DNA of 64,000 nucleotides from an uncultured Bacilli bacterium (GCA_934149465.1 CAKPEZ010000001.1:135178-199177), one strand, 5' to 3'. Counted from the stretch's first letter, positions 40,243-50,419 are shown. Numbers and translations are program-made. The notes: generated by a model not told the origin, from the letters alone.

Positions 40243-40761
40243 TTAAATTTCGGTATGTCCTTCTTTTCCGTATTTTTTAGAAATAGGATCTTTAAACAAG
40301 AAGTTTTCAACTGGTTCAATAGTAGCAATCATATAAAAACCAAATATTATAAATAAAAGGACTACTCCTACATATTCTAGATTATATCCTAGTGGTTTTA
40401 ATCCTATTATATAGTAAAACATCATCTGAGCTAAAGTTATTGCTACATAAAAAGTAATAATATCAATAGGAAGAATTGCTTTTTTAGTAAAATATGTATA
40501 TGTATAAAATATTAAAGGAATTACTATAATAATAGTTAATAAACTTATAGATTTAGCAATAAAGTAATTAGGATTAACTCCAAAAATATATCCATCATAT
40601 AAGCTCCATACTAATAAAGGAGTAAGTGCTATTTTTATATGCTCCCAAGTACTTTCATTAACTGCCGCAAATAAAGCAACAATCTTATTATGACCTGTTA
40701 ATTCATATAAAAAGTGTAATAAAGTTCCTACTAAACAAATAACAATAATACTAATAATCAT
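40243..40761 (-). CDS. Hypothetical polytopic membrane protein
   Basis: 172 aa with 4-5 TMs. Confidence 0.3.
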   Translation of the reverse strand: MIISIIVICLVGTLLHFLYELTGHNKIVALFAAVNESTWEHIKIALTPLLVWSLYDGYIFGVNPNYFIAKSISLLTIIIVIPLIFYTYTYFTKKAILPIDIITFYVAITLAQMMFYYIIGLKPLGYNLEYVGVVLLFIIFGFYMIATIEPVENFLFKDPISKKYGKEGHTEI

Positions 40762-40838
40762 ATCTATCCCTATGCCTTTCTATTATAAAATAGATTATAC
40801 CATAAATCATAAAAAAATAGAATCTATTTATTAGGATT

Positions 40839-41333
40839 CTATTTTACTTTGCCAAACTTAGTAAATGGGAATATTCTTAAATCTATTCTTCCCTTAATAT
40901 CAGATTTATCTATTAGACCAATCATTCTACTATCAGCAGAATTAGATCTATTATCTCCTACTACGAAGTACTTATTTTCACCTATTACCCCATCTAAAAG
41001 ATAATCTTCAGTCTTTCCGTCATTATAAGGATCTTCCATTTCTTTCCCATTAATATATAACTTATTATCTTTATATTCTACTGTTTCTCCAGGAAGAGCA
41101 ATTACTCTTTTAATAATAGCGTCTTTCCCTTTTTGTCTTACAACAACAATATCAAATCTTTTAATCTCATTAAAACGATATACTATTTTATCTAATATTA
41201 AAACATCATTATTATGAAGAGTATTTACCATGCTATCACCTACTACTAAAGCAGGAGTTACTAAGAATTCTCTAATTAGTGCTACTACTATTACAATAAT
41301 AATATAAGGAATTAACTCTTTAATAAATTTCAT
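40839..41333 (-). CDS. lepB: Signal peptidase I
   Basis: 164 aa. Box B GDSM and box E GDNRSNSADSR. Sits in the rplS-lepB arrangement. Confidence 0.85.
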   Translation of the reverse strand: MKFIKELIPYIIIVIVVALIREFLVTPALVVGDSMVNTLHNNDVLILDKIVYRFNEIKRFDIVVVRQKGKDAIIKRVIALPGETVEYKDNKLYINGKEMEDPYNDGKTEDYLLDGVIGENKYFVVGDNRSNSADSRMIGLIDKSDIKGRIDLRIFPFTKFGKVK

Positions 41334-41370
41334 AATCTCACCTTAAAAAAAATAAACCTTTAAAAAAGGT

Positions 41371-41721
41371 TTATCTATTTCTTTCTTTAATTTTGTATTG
41401 CTTTTCACGATCACGTAAGAAATATAATTTAGCACGTCTTACTTTACCTTTTTTAATAACTTCAAAGCTATCAATACGAGGACTATTTACTGGGAATGTT
41501 CTTTGAACACCAACACCAGAAACAACTGCTCTTAAAGTAAATGTTTCAGTACTACCGCATCCTTTACGAGCGATTACAATACCTTCGAAAAATTGTACTC
41601 TTTCTCTTTTTCCTTCAACAACTTTATATCCAATTTTTACTGTATCTCCAACACGAAATTCAGGAACATTTGGATTAACTTGTGCAGAAGTAATTTTCTC
41701 TAAAATATTCACTTTTGTCAC
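41371..41721 (-). CDS. rplS: 50S ribosomal protein L19
   Basis: 116 aa. Confidence 0.9.
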   Translation of the reverse strand: MTKVNILEKITSAQVNPNVPEFRVGDTVKIGYKVVEGKRERVQFFEGIVIARKGCGSTETFTLRAVVSGVGVQRTFPVNSPRIDSFEVIKKGKVRRAKLYFLRDREKQYKIKERNR

Positions 41722-41867
41722 TCTCCTTTATAACCAATAATCATATTTATAATAGCGGATTACCTTTTTGTGCCAAGCACATATACAATTATATATTAAT
41801 TTTATTAAAAATGCAAACTTTTTTTATATTTTTTCTTATATTTAATATACTAATAATGGTGATATTT

Positions 41868-42320
41868 ATGAAAAAAAGTAAATTTTTATTTTTTCTTTCT
41901 ATTTTTATTCCCTTAATACTAGGAATATTAGTCTCTTTTATTATAAGAAATGATCTTTATATCTATGAAAGTTTTAATAAGCCATTATTAGCGCCCCCTA
42001 AGATATTATTTCCTATAGCGTGGAGTATTCTCTATCTTCTTATTGGAATATCTTACTATCTAATAAAAGATAAAGATAGTATTAAGAATAGCTTATTTAT
42101 AAATCTTCTTCTTAATTACTTATGGCCTATTATCTTCTTTAAAGGAAAACTCTTATTACTATCTACACTTACAATAATACTCCTTTTAATAAGTACTATT
42201 ATTTTATTAAAGAAATATTACTATTTAAATAAAACTTCTTTCTATCTATTAATACCTTACTTAGCGTGGATTATATTTGCAAGTTATCTTAATATAAGTA
42301 TTGCATTTCTTAATCGCTAG
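41868..42320 (+). CDS. tspO: TspO/MBR (tryptophan-rich sensory protein) family membrane protein
   Basis: About 150 aa, 5 TMs (LAPPKILFPIAWSILYL, YLWPIIFF). Start assigned to the ATG at 41868; the upstream part of ORF 41715..42320 overlaps rplS. Confidence 0.7.
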   Translation: MKKSKFLFFLSIFIPLILGILVSFIIRNDLYIYESFNKPLLAPPKILFPIAWSILYLLIGISYYLIKDKDSIKNSLFINLLLNYLWPIIFFKGKLLLLSTLTIILLLISTIILLKKYYYLNKTSFYLLIPYLAWIIFASYLNISIAFLNR

Positions 42321-42942
42321 TAAAAAACTCATGAATTATTTCTTCTTCATTACCAAGATCTATATCATTTATTCTATCTACTCTACATTTTTCTGCTAAT
42401 ATAATAGATTCTATCTTTTTTACTGCATTTTCTATTTCATCATTTATTACTACATAATTATACTTAGTACTTTCATTTATCTCTTTATAAGCAGTTTTAA
42501 ATCTTTCTAATATTTGATCTTTACTTTCAGTATTTCTATCTATTAGTCTTCTAAGTAAGATCTTCATACTAGGTGGAGTTATAAATATAAATACTCCATC
42601 TTTTATTAATTCTTTTATTTTTAAAGCTCCTTGGATATCAATTTCTAATATTATATCTCTTCCTTCTTCTAAAGTTTTTTCTACTAAAGATTTATCAGTA
42701 CCATAATAATTACTATGTACTAAAGCATATTCTAAGAATTTACCTTCTTCTATTTTCTTTTGAAATTCTTCCTTACTTACAAAATAATAATCTTTTCCAT
42801 CTATTTCAAATCCTCTTTTAGATCTAGTAGTAGTAGAAATAGATAAACTTATATTAGGGTTATCTTCTAATAGCTTATGACAAATAGTTCCTTTTCCAGC
42901 ACCACTTGGTCCTGATATAACAATAAGTAATCCTCTTTTCAT
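42310..42942 (-). CDS. gmk: Guanylate kinase
   Basis: GPSGAGKGT P-loop and GMP-binding motifs. Confidence 0.9.
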   Translation of the reverse strand: MKRGLLIVISGPSGAGKGTICHKLLEDNPNISLSISTTTRSKRGFEIDGKDYYFVSKEEFQKKIEEGKFLEYALVHSNYYGTDKSLVEKTLEEGRDIILEIDIQGALKIKELIKDGVFIFITPPSMKILLRRLIDRNTESKDQILERFKTAYKEINESTKYNYVVINDEIENAVKKIESIILAEKCRVDRINDIDLGNEEEIIHEFFTSD

Positions 42943-42953
42943 AAATATTCCTC

Positions 42954-43820
42954 CTAAAATAAAGTTAACTGCGTACTATCCATGCTTTTATATTCATGCA
43001 TATACTTAAATAAATAATCTATATCATAAATAATATTATTCTTTTGACATATCTCTTTTATTAGATTTAAAAGATAAGCATTATTATCACTAACTACTTC
43101 GTAAGAATAAGCATATTTCTTAATATATTTATTTTTTAAGTCTTTAAAATATTTATCTAACTTTTCATAATAATATTCTCTATTTCCTTCTCTTAAAGTT
43201 AGACCTATATTAAAACAAATTACTCCAAATACATGAGATTTTACTATGTAATCAAGAAGTCCTATAATATTTTCTTTATTATCATTAATAAACGGTAAGA
43301 AAGGATCAAGCCATACTATCGTCTTAATATTATTCTCATCTAATATCTTAAGTACTTCATATCTTCTTTTACTAGAGCAAACATTAGGTTCTAATATTTT
43401 ACATAAATCTTCATCATAAGTAGTAAGCGTTATATTAACAATACACTTACTATGAGTATTTATCTCTTTTAATAAATCTAAATCTCTTAAGATAAGATCT
43501 GACTTAGTTTGAATACTAACACCGCATTTATATTTATTAATAATTTCTAATGCTCTTCTAGTATAAAGAAGTTTTTTCTCATGATGAAGATATGGATCTG
43601 ACATAGCCCCAAAACTTACCATACATCTTTTTCTTTTAGAAGATAATTCTTTTTCTAATAATTCTAAAGCATTTTCTTTTACTAAAATATCTTCAAAATC
43701 ATGATCCATATTATAGCATTTACTTCTAGAATCACAATATATACATCCATGAGTACAGCCTCTATATATATTCATTCCATTATCTTTACTTAATAAACCT
43801 TTTACTTTTTGATAGTGCAT
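42954..43820 (-). CDS. Radical SAM protein (SplB/COG1533-like)
   Basis: 288 aa. GCTHGCIYC matches the CxxxCxxC cluster. Confidence 0.55.
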   Translation of the reverse strand: MHYQKVKGLLSKDNGMNIYRGCTHGCIYCDSRSKCYNMDHDFEDILVKENALELLEKELSSKRKRCMVSFGAMSDPYLHHEKKLLYTRRALEIINKYKCGVSIQTKSDLILRDLDLLKEINTHSKCIVNITLTTYDEDLCKILEPNVCSSKRRYEVLKILDENNIKTIVWLDPFLPFINDNKENIIGLLDYIVKSHVFGVICFNIGLTLREGNREYYYEKLDKYFKDLKNKYIKKYAYSYEVVSDNNAYLLNLIKEICQKNNIIYDIDYLFKYMHEYKSMDSTQLTLF

Positions 43821-43872
43821 ATTAATTCCTCTTTGCTCTATTATAGCAAAAAATAGAAAGTATTTCTACTTC

Positions 43873-44340
43873 CTATTTTATAGCTTCTGCTAATGCTTTT
43901 TCTAAAGCAGTATATAAAGCACTAATCTTAATAGTACAGCCACTTACAGCATCTGTTTTACCTTCAGAATCAAGAGTAATAAAGTCAATACCTTGATGAC
44001 TAACAACAGCTTTTTCTAAAGATTCTACTTGCTCATACCATTCAGCTCCGCCTTTAATAGTACCTATTGCACTAGAAGTACCTTTCATTCCATAACTATC
44101 TCCTAAGTTTTTCTTAGTAGTAGTTTTTCCATCATTAGTCGTATAAGTAGTATCAAGTACAACCTTACTAATTTTTCCTTTAGAGTCAACAGTAACTTCT
44201 GCAATAGCAGTATTTTCTTGTCCTCCGTAATTATCAGGAACTTCTTTATGATATACGCCTTCTTTATACTTACCAGTAGAAGAACATCCTACTAATAAAC
44301 TAATACAAAGAATACTTATAATCATACCAATTTTCTTCAT
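43873..44340 (-). CDS. FMN-binding domain lipoprotein
   Basis: Lipobox LLVGCSS. The C-terminal DAVSGCTIKIS resembles the flavinylation motif D-x-x-S-G-A-T. Lies in a cluster with apbE. Confidence 0.5.
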   Translation of the reverse strand: MKKIGMIISILCISLLVGCSSTGKYKEGVYHKEVPDNYGGQENTAIAEVTVDSKGKISKVVLDTTYTTNDGKTTTKKNLGDSYGMKGTSSAIGTIKGGAEWYEQVESLEKAVVSHQGIDFITLDSEGKTDAVSGCTIKISALYTALEKALAEAIK

Positions 44341-44380
44341 ATTTACTTATCCTCCTATAATAATTATAAAATAAGAAATT

Positions 44381-44875
44381 CTAATTATCAAGTACTTTTA
44401 ATCTATCTAATAATATTTTACTTATAATACCAGTAACAATCCCAGTTGGAATAGAAAATAATAATAAATAAGGCAAATAATAAATAACATTATAATTAAC
44501 TAAAATAATTCCTACTAATACTTGTCCTATATTATGACTAATAGAACCAACTACGCTAACACCTATTATAGAAAATATCTTTATCTTTTTTACTAAATAC
44601 ATCATAATAGTACTAAGAATAGAACCCCCTAAACTAAAAAAGAAAGAACTTGAAAACAAACCAGAAAATAATATTCCTACTAAAATAACTCTAATAAAAG
44701 ATACATACAAACAATCTTTAAAAGAATATTTATATAATACGTAAATATTAATAACATTAGCAAGTCCTATCTTAAAACCAGGAGTTGCTGTTAAAGGAAT
44801 AAAAGATTCTAAGATATTAATAATTACAGAAATACTTATTAGCATTGAAAGTTTACTTATTTTTTTTATATCCAT
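44381..44875 (-). CDS. Gx-transporter-like polytopic membrane protein
   Basis: 164 aa with 5 TMs. Conserved position between NusG-II and FMN-binding genes in flavinylation-associated clusters. Confidence 0.4.
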   Translation of the reverse strand: MDIKKISKLSMLISISVIINILESFIPLTATPGFKIGLANVINIYVLYKYSFKDCLYVSFIRVILVGILFSGLFSSSFFFSLGGSILSTIMMYLVKKIKIFSIIGVSVVGSISHNIGQVLVGIILVNYNVIYYLPYLLLFSIPTGIVTGIISKILLDRLKVLDN

Positions 44876-45220
44876 CTATACCACTCCATCTATTTTATTA
44901 GAAGAATCTTCTATCTTAATAACTATTTTATTAGGAAGACATACTATAACAGATCCTTGTTTACTAGTAAATCCTTGTTTAGAACAAAGATGTTTAGGAG
45001 AATTCTCACTTTCTACTCTTATCATCTTATTTCTAACTTCTATAGTAACATCTCCATTATCTCCTTCTACAACATAAATATCATCTTTATTTAAATCTAT
45101 CTCTAAGATCTTTTCTTCCCTATAATAAACAGAAGCAATTCTTCCATCTTTTCTAAGAAAGAAAAAGATACCTATTATAACAAGAAGCACTATAATCAAA
45201 ATAACATCATTCTTCTTCAT
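44876..45220 (-). CDS. NusG domain II (DUF1312)-containing membrane-anchored protein
   Basis: 114 aa. N-terminal TM and HLCSKQGFTSKQGSVIVCLPNKIVIKI, typical of NusG_II small proteins. Confidence 0.55.
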   Translation of the reverse strand: MKKNDVILIIVLLVIIGIFFFLRKDGRIASVYYREEKILEIDLNKDDIYVVEGDNGDVTIEVRNKMIRVESENSPKHLCSKQGFTSKQGSVIVCLPNKIVIKIEDSSNKIDGVV

Positions 45221-46190
45221 AACTAACTATTCTTCCATCTAAAGTATAATAAATAACCCTAAGCTTATTATTAAGCACTACTTCCTTTATTTTATCTTCA
45301 TCTAAAAGATATAAATAAGTACTCATAATATCCGCATAAGCACTATTATCAGTAACTACTGTTAAACTAGCAATAGTACTATCTGGATATAAAGTCTTAG
45401 GATTAATAATATGACTATACCTAGTGCCATTTACTTCGTAATATCTTTGATAATTACCACTTGTTACAATACTTTTATTTTCTACATCAATAATCTTATA
45501 AATATCTCCTTTATTATTAGGATCTTCTAATCCTATTTGATATAAATCTTTATCATAAGATTTACCTACTTTAACATTTCCACCAGCATTAATAATATAC
45601 TTATTTAAAAATTTTTCTTCTAAATATTTACCAGATTCTTCTGTTGCATATCCTTTAGATAACGCCCCTAAATCTATTCTTACCCCATTATACTTAGTAT
45701 AATTATTTAGATCAAGAGCTATATCATTAGGATTAGTACTTAAAGAAGAAGATAAAAGTTCATAACTAGGAACCTCTTTCCCATTATCTCTATATTCTTT
45801 CCAAATTCTAGTAACATTACCAAGAGCAATATTAAAATAACCATCACTCTTATCATAATAAGATAATCCATAACTAATCATCTTACTTAAACGTTCATCT
45901 ATTTCTATACTTACTCCATCTTCTAACTTTTCATTCAAATAATAAACATTCTTTAAATCATCATAAGAATTATAAGCATCACTTAATTTATGATAAGTGC
46001 TATAAAGTTTATCAAGATCATCAAAAACATCTTTTACATATTTTTCCTTTTTATTAGTATAAACCTTTATATTAATATAAGTATCCATATAAAATAAATT
46101 CTTCTCATATACTCGATCTTGCTTATTATAAAGAAGTACTATTACTCCTAATAATACTATTAATAACAAAGATATTCCCACCTTTTTCAT
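45207..46190 (-). CDS. apbE: FAD:protein FMN transferase (ApbE family)
   Basis: 327 aa. Signal anchor, LFYMDTYINIKVY (MGT-box variant), and TSGNYQRYYEVNGTRYSHIINPKTLYP matching the ApbE C-terminal signature. Confidence 0.7.
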   Translation of the reverse strand: MKKVGISLLLIVLLGVIVLLYNKQDRVYEKNLFYMDTYINIKVYTNKKEKYVKDVFDDLDKLYSTYHKLSDAYNSYDDLKNVYYLNEKLEDGVSIEIDERLSKMISYGLSYYDKSDGYFNIALGNVTRIWKEYRDNGKEVPSYELLSSSLSTNPNDIALDLNNYTKYNGVRIDLGALSKGYATEESGKYLEEKFLNKYIINAGGNVKVGKSYDKDLYQIGLEDPNNKGDIYKIIDVENKSIVTSGNYQRYYEVNGTRYSHIINPKTLYPDSTIASLTVVTDNSAYADIMSTYLYLLDEDKIKEVVLNNKLRVIYYTLDGRIVSYEEE

Positions 46191-46208
46191 ATTACCACCA
46201 CTTCTAGG

Positions 46209-47510
46209 TTATATATCTAAATTATCAATATATTCTAGTAAATAAAGAGGAATATTAATTATCTTACCATCTTTACTTAAGTTATTTAAAGAAAATCTAA
46301 AAGCAAATTCATTATCATTACTAGAATTATATTTAGTTAAACTATTATGATTAGTACTTTTATCAGACTTTACTTCAATAGGAATAATTTTATTTTTTCT
46401 TTGAATAACAAAATCTATTTCATTTCGATCAAAAGTATAATAATTAGGTGCTTCTCCATATAAATATTTTAATACATTAGCAACATAGTTCTCTGTAAAA
46501 GCGCCTTTAAACTCTAAAAGAAGCTTATTTCCTTCTAAAAGAATGCTACTATCTAAGTCAGCCATTCTTCTAAGTAAGCCAATATCATTCATATAAATTT
46601 TATATGCTGATAGATCTTGATATCCTCTTAAAGGAAAAGCACATTTATTTACAAGATAACACTTAGATATAAGATCAGCATCATTTAACCAGTTTAAAGC
46701 ATTTTCATACTCTCTAGCACGTGCTCCTTCTTTTATTACCTGATATACAAATTTTTTATTTTCTCTTGCTAACTGAGAAGGAATACCATTCCAAATTAAA
46801 GAAACTTTATTAGCTTCTTTAATATCTATATGCTTTGAAAAATCATTCTCATAAGATAACAAAATATTTTTCTGAATTTTATTTACTTTCTCAATATCTT
46901 TATCATTTACCCAGCTATATACAACTTCAGGCATTCCACCAACAATATAATAAGTCTTTAATTTTTCAATAAGTTTACTCTCGAATATTGCTGGTATTTC
47001 TTTTATTTCTTTAGTTTGTTTCATAACTTCTACTAAATTCTCTAAATGATCAGCTTCTAAAAACTCACTAAATGTCATAGGATATAAATTTAGAAAATCA
47101 ACTTTTCCAACTGGAAAAGATGTTTTAGAAAGTCTTATTCCAAGTAATGATCCAGCACAAGCAACATGATAATTAGAAGCTTCTTCACAAAAGTATTTCA
47201 AAGAATTAAGTGCATTAGGACACTCTTGTATCTCATCAAATATAATAAGAGTACTACCAGGATTTATCTTACTTCCATTTACTAAAGATAATTGTTCAAT
47301 TATTCTTCTAGGATCTTTCGTATTTAAAAATAAAGAAGCTAAGCCATCATCATGATCAAAATTAAAGTATGCTACATTATCATAATTGTTTTCGCCAAAC
47401 TCTTTTAATATATAAGTCTTTCCAACTTGTCTAGCTCCTTTTAAAATAAGAGGTTTCCTCTCTTTACTATTTTTCCATTCTACTAATTTTTCAGTAATAT
47501 ATCTTTTCAA
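46209..47510 (-). CDS. AAA+ ATPase of the DUF4143/COG1373 family
   Basis: 433 aa (ILKGARQVGKT Walker A, IIFDEIQ Walker B). Confidence 0.6.
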   Translation of the reverse strand: MKRYITEKLVEWKNSKERKPLILKGARQVGKTYILKEFGENNYDNVAYFNFDHDDGLASLFLNTKDPRRIIEQLSLVNGSKINPGSTLIIFDEIQECPNALNSLKYFCEEASNYHVACAGSLLGIRLSKTSFPVGKVDFLNLYPMTFSEFLEADHLENLVEVMKQTKEIKEIPAIFESKLIEKLKTYYIVGGMPEVVYSWVNDKDIEKVNKIQKNILLSYENDFSKHIDIKEANKVSLIWNGIPSQLARENKKFVYQVIKEGARAREYENALNWLNDADLISKCYLVNKCAFPLRGYQDLSAYKIYMNDIGLLRRMADLDSSILLEGNKLLLEFKGAFTENYVANVLKYLYGEAPNYYTFDRNEIDFVIQRKNKIIPIEVKSDKSTNHNSLTKYNSSNDNEFAFRFSLNNLSKDGKIINIPLYLLEYIDNLDI

Positions 47511-47683
47511 TCAGATCATCTCCTATTAGTATTATATCACATTTTTGCAAATAAATTTCATCTTTTTATCACACTTTTACAAAGAAAAAGTAATAAATGA
47601 TCACACTTTTGTAAAAAGCAATCATTTATTACTTGTTAAAGTTTTGGAAAAATATTTCCAAAAGATCTTGAAACAGATTATAC

Positions 47684-48718
47684 TTATTTTCTAATATATT
47701 TACATCTTGGATAATTACCACATCCAATGAATGAACCATACTTTCCTTTTCTTATTTCAAGTTTATGACCACACCTAGGGCAAATCATATCATTTTCATA
47801 ATCAATATCCATCTTATTGCTTTTTCCTCTATTACACCTATCACATAAAGTTTGAAGATTGCTCATAACTGTTTTACCACCTCTAGATACTGGTATAATA
47901 TGATCAACGTGTAACTTAACTCCATCTCTACTAGTAGCGCCACATATCTTACAAGTATAATTATCTCTTTTAAGAACGTTATACCTAATTTCGCTATTCA
48001 TAATTTCTCTTTCTCTTTTAATACTTTCTTTATATTTACCACCATTTAACCATTCATTATAATAACTAACTAATTCTTCAAAATTATAATTACCATTCTT
48101 TTTAATATAAGTATTTCCTTTATTACTTTCGTAATATGCTTCTACTTTAAGTGTTATCAAAAAATCATTCTTAGTATAAATAATCTTTCTTAATATTTTA
48201 TCTTCTACCCTCTTATATTTCTTATCAGTATAATTACTTTCATTAACAAATTCTTTCTTTAAAACATCTTCTATATCTTTCTTATAATCCCAAAGTAAAT
48301 TAATATTATATAAAGCATTTTCTATATCAGTTCTAAGATAATTTACATTATTTTCGATATTATACATAATAATACTATAACCAGTAACTCTATCTAAACT
48401 TCTTCTAGAATATTCTCTTTCTCTTATAAAATGCTTATTATTAGTAATTTCTCTAAATACATATTTATTATTTATTAGAGTAATCTCTTTTATCTTAGGA
48501 CTTATCTCTTTAACATATTCTTCTTCTCTTTTAATATATTTTTTAATAACAAAAAAATATATTAAAAGAGGAAGTATCAAAAAGATTAAAACAATTATAC
48601 TAAGTGTATCTTCATCTTCTATTATAACTCCAAAAAACATAGTTCCAATTAATGCACTAAAATAACAAGCAATTCCTAATAAAATACCTTTTTCTATTTT
48701 ATTCACGTATAATACCAC
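47684..48718 (-). CDS. Membrane-anchored HNH endonuclease with a topoisomerase-type C4 zinc ribbon
   Basis: Two N-terminal TMs. HNH motif CKICG...HVDHIIPVSRGG...NLQTLCDRCN, then CPRCGHKLEIRKGKYGSFIGCGNYPRCKYI, near-identical in pattern to the topA zinc ribbons. Confidence 0.6.
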   Translation of the reverse strand: MVLYVNKIEKGILLGIACYFSALIGTMFFGVIIEDEDTLSIIVLIFLILPLLIYFFVIKKYIKREEEYVKEISPKIKEITLINNKYVFREITNNKHFIREREYSRRSLDRVTGYSIIMYNIENNVNYLRTDIENALYNINLLWDYKKDIEDVLKKEFVNESNYTDKKYKRVEDKILRKIIYTKNDFLITLKVEAYYESNKGNTYIKKNGNYNFEELVSYYNEWLNGGKYKESIKREREIMNSEIRYNVLKRDNYTCKICGATSRDGVKLHVDHIIPVSRGGKTVMSNLQTLCDRCNRGKSNKMDIDYENDMICPRCGHKLEIRKGKYGSFIGCGNYPRCKYIRK

Positions 48719-48791
48719 ACTTCCTATATTATTAAAAAAAAGATCATAATTTTCTTTTTTAAAACTACAATCTTTTATAAAATATTATTTT

Positions 48792-50414
48792 TTAACTTAC
48801 TACTAGTTTATATGGATTATCACTAGTACCAGTTGTTGCTCCATCTATATTCGCATTAGATTCTAGATAAAGGACCGGGGCCGCGCCACAATCAATATAC
48901 ACGAGGGAGTTGCTGAGGTTGTTCACATGCCCAGGGGAAAACACATTCCACGCAAAGTAAGAATAGCCAGAATTAGGCGGTAATAACCAATTATAGGAAC
49001 TACTAAAAATTGATTTCATCCAGTTGGTGCTTGTACAAGAAGTATTATCATAATCAAATAAATTTTGTGTACAGCTATTAAAGTCGGCGGCATATCCATA
49101 ATCACTTGCATAAGGAAGAGCAACATATCCTTCCCAAGTAGAAGAAGCATAAGGATTAGTTCCTAGTTTTGTTCCTCTTTCGTATTCATACATTTGATCT
49201 GAATATACCTTAGGACTATCATATCCTCCTAGATAATATAATGTCTTAGATATTAAATTTCTTGTTTGATCGTTTTTTAAGCCTGTTTTAGTAAAATCAC
49301 AGGTCTTTGTTGCATTACTTTCTCCATTATAACAAGTTCCTGATCCTGCATTATAATATAGACTATTATTTACTTTTATTGATGAGCCGCTACTATTTAA
49401 ATCAGTATTATCTGAATATCCTGGATTTAAAAGCTTCATTAAGTCAGCTCCTTTATAATCACCGTTTTCTCCCCACTGATTATATCCTTGTCCAGAGTTT
49501 ACCGTACTTGCTGATGTATCCCAAGAATAATTACCTATTACACTATTACGAATTAGTTTGATCTTACCATCAAATACTCCAATAATACGCCATACTTCAC
49601 AAGTAGATGATGTTTGATTAGAATAATCATCACAGTTAAAGTAAATATAATTATTAGGATTTGCTCCATAATATCTAACATTACCTGCTATATCACTTAT
49701 TAGATTATGATCAGTATCAAGATGATATACAATACCATTATTTGAAGCATCTGTTTTAGTACTATTTAGATAATTACTTACAATATTATATGCTAATGAA
49801 TTAGTAGTTGTTTGAGTAATATCAGGAATTTTTCCTTCTCTTATAATTGCATTTTGTCCATCAGCATGTAAACTAAATTTATAAGATTGATTTTTCATCA
49901 TTGTACTAGGATTTTCCATAGTACCATCAACCCATACATATAAAGTATAAGTAGTAATACTAGTAGATATTAATTCATTTTCTAATAATACTACATGTTT
50001 CTTAGTACTATCTATATTACAAGTTACTGCATTATTATTTATATATTCATCAGTAAAGTTTCCTTCCTTTACTAAAGTAGATCCCTTATATAAAGCAAAT
50101 TTAAAACTCTCTTCGTTTAAGTTTTCTCCTAGTTCAATAATATCAAAATATAAATTAAAAGATAATTTATTAGAAACACTTCCCTTTATTTTGATATTCT
50201 TAACTATTCCTTCTTCTTTAGTAGCAGTTGGTTTTAAATTTGCTTGATTAATATCTCCACCACCATCTAAATATATAGTAGCAGCCCCTAATGAAGTAGA
50301 GATCTTAGTTTCTTCACCACTACTAGTAGTCCATACATAATAAGCATATGTTCCACCTATTACTGCAATAGTTATTAACAAAGTAATTAATGCTATTTTT
50401 ATATTTCTATTCAT
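48792..50414 (-). CDS. Secreted protein: SipW-cognate-type signal, TasA-like N-domain, Cys-containing C-terminal extension
   Basis: 540 aa. Signal ...GGTYAYYVWTTSSGEE; N-domain ends with TYTLYVWVDG; the ~350-aa extension has paired Cys (CDDYSNQTSSTC, CYNGESNATKTC, CTQN...SC). Confidence 0.5.
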   Translation of the reverse strand: MNRNIKIALITLLITIAVIGGTYAYYVWTTSSGEETKISTSLGAATIYLDGGGDINQANLKPTATKEEGIVKNIKIKGSVSNKLSFNLYFDIIELGENLNEESFKFALYKGSTLVKEGNFTDEYINNNAVTCNIDSTKKHVVLLENELISTSITTYTLYVWVDGTMENPSTMMKNQSYKFSLHADGQNAIIREGKIPDITQTTTNSLAYNIVSNYLNSTKTDASNNGIVYHLDTDHNLISDIAGNVRYYGANPNNYIYFNCDDYSNQTSSTCEVWRIIGVFDGKIKLIRNSVIGNYSWDTSASTVNSGQGYNQWGENGDYKGADLMKLLNPGYSDNTDLNSSGSSIKVNNSLYYNAGSGTCYNGESNATKTCDFTKTGLKNDQTRNLISKTLYYLGGYDSPKVYSDQMYEYERGTKLGTNPYASSTWEGYVALPYASDYGYAADFNSCTQNLFDYDNTSCTSTNWMKSIFSSSYNWLLPPNSGYSYFAWNVFSPGHVNNLSNSLVYIDCGAAPVLYLESNANIDGATTGTSDNPYKLVVS

Positions 50415-50419
50415 TATTA

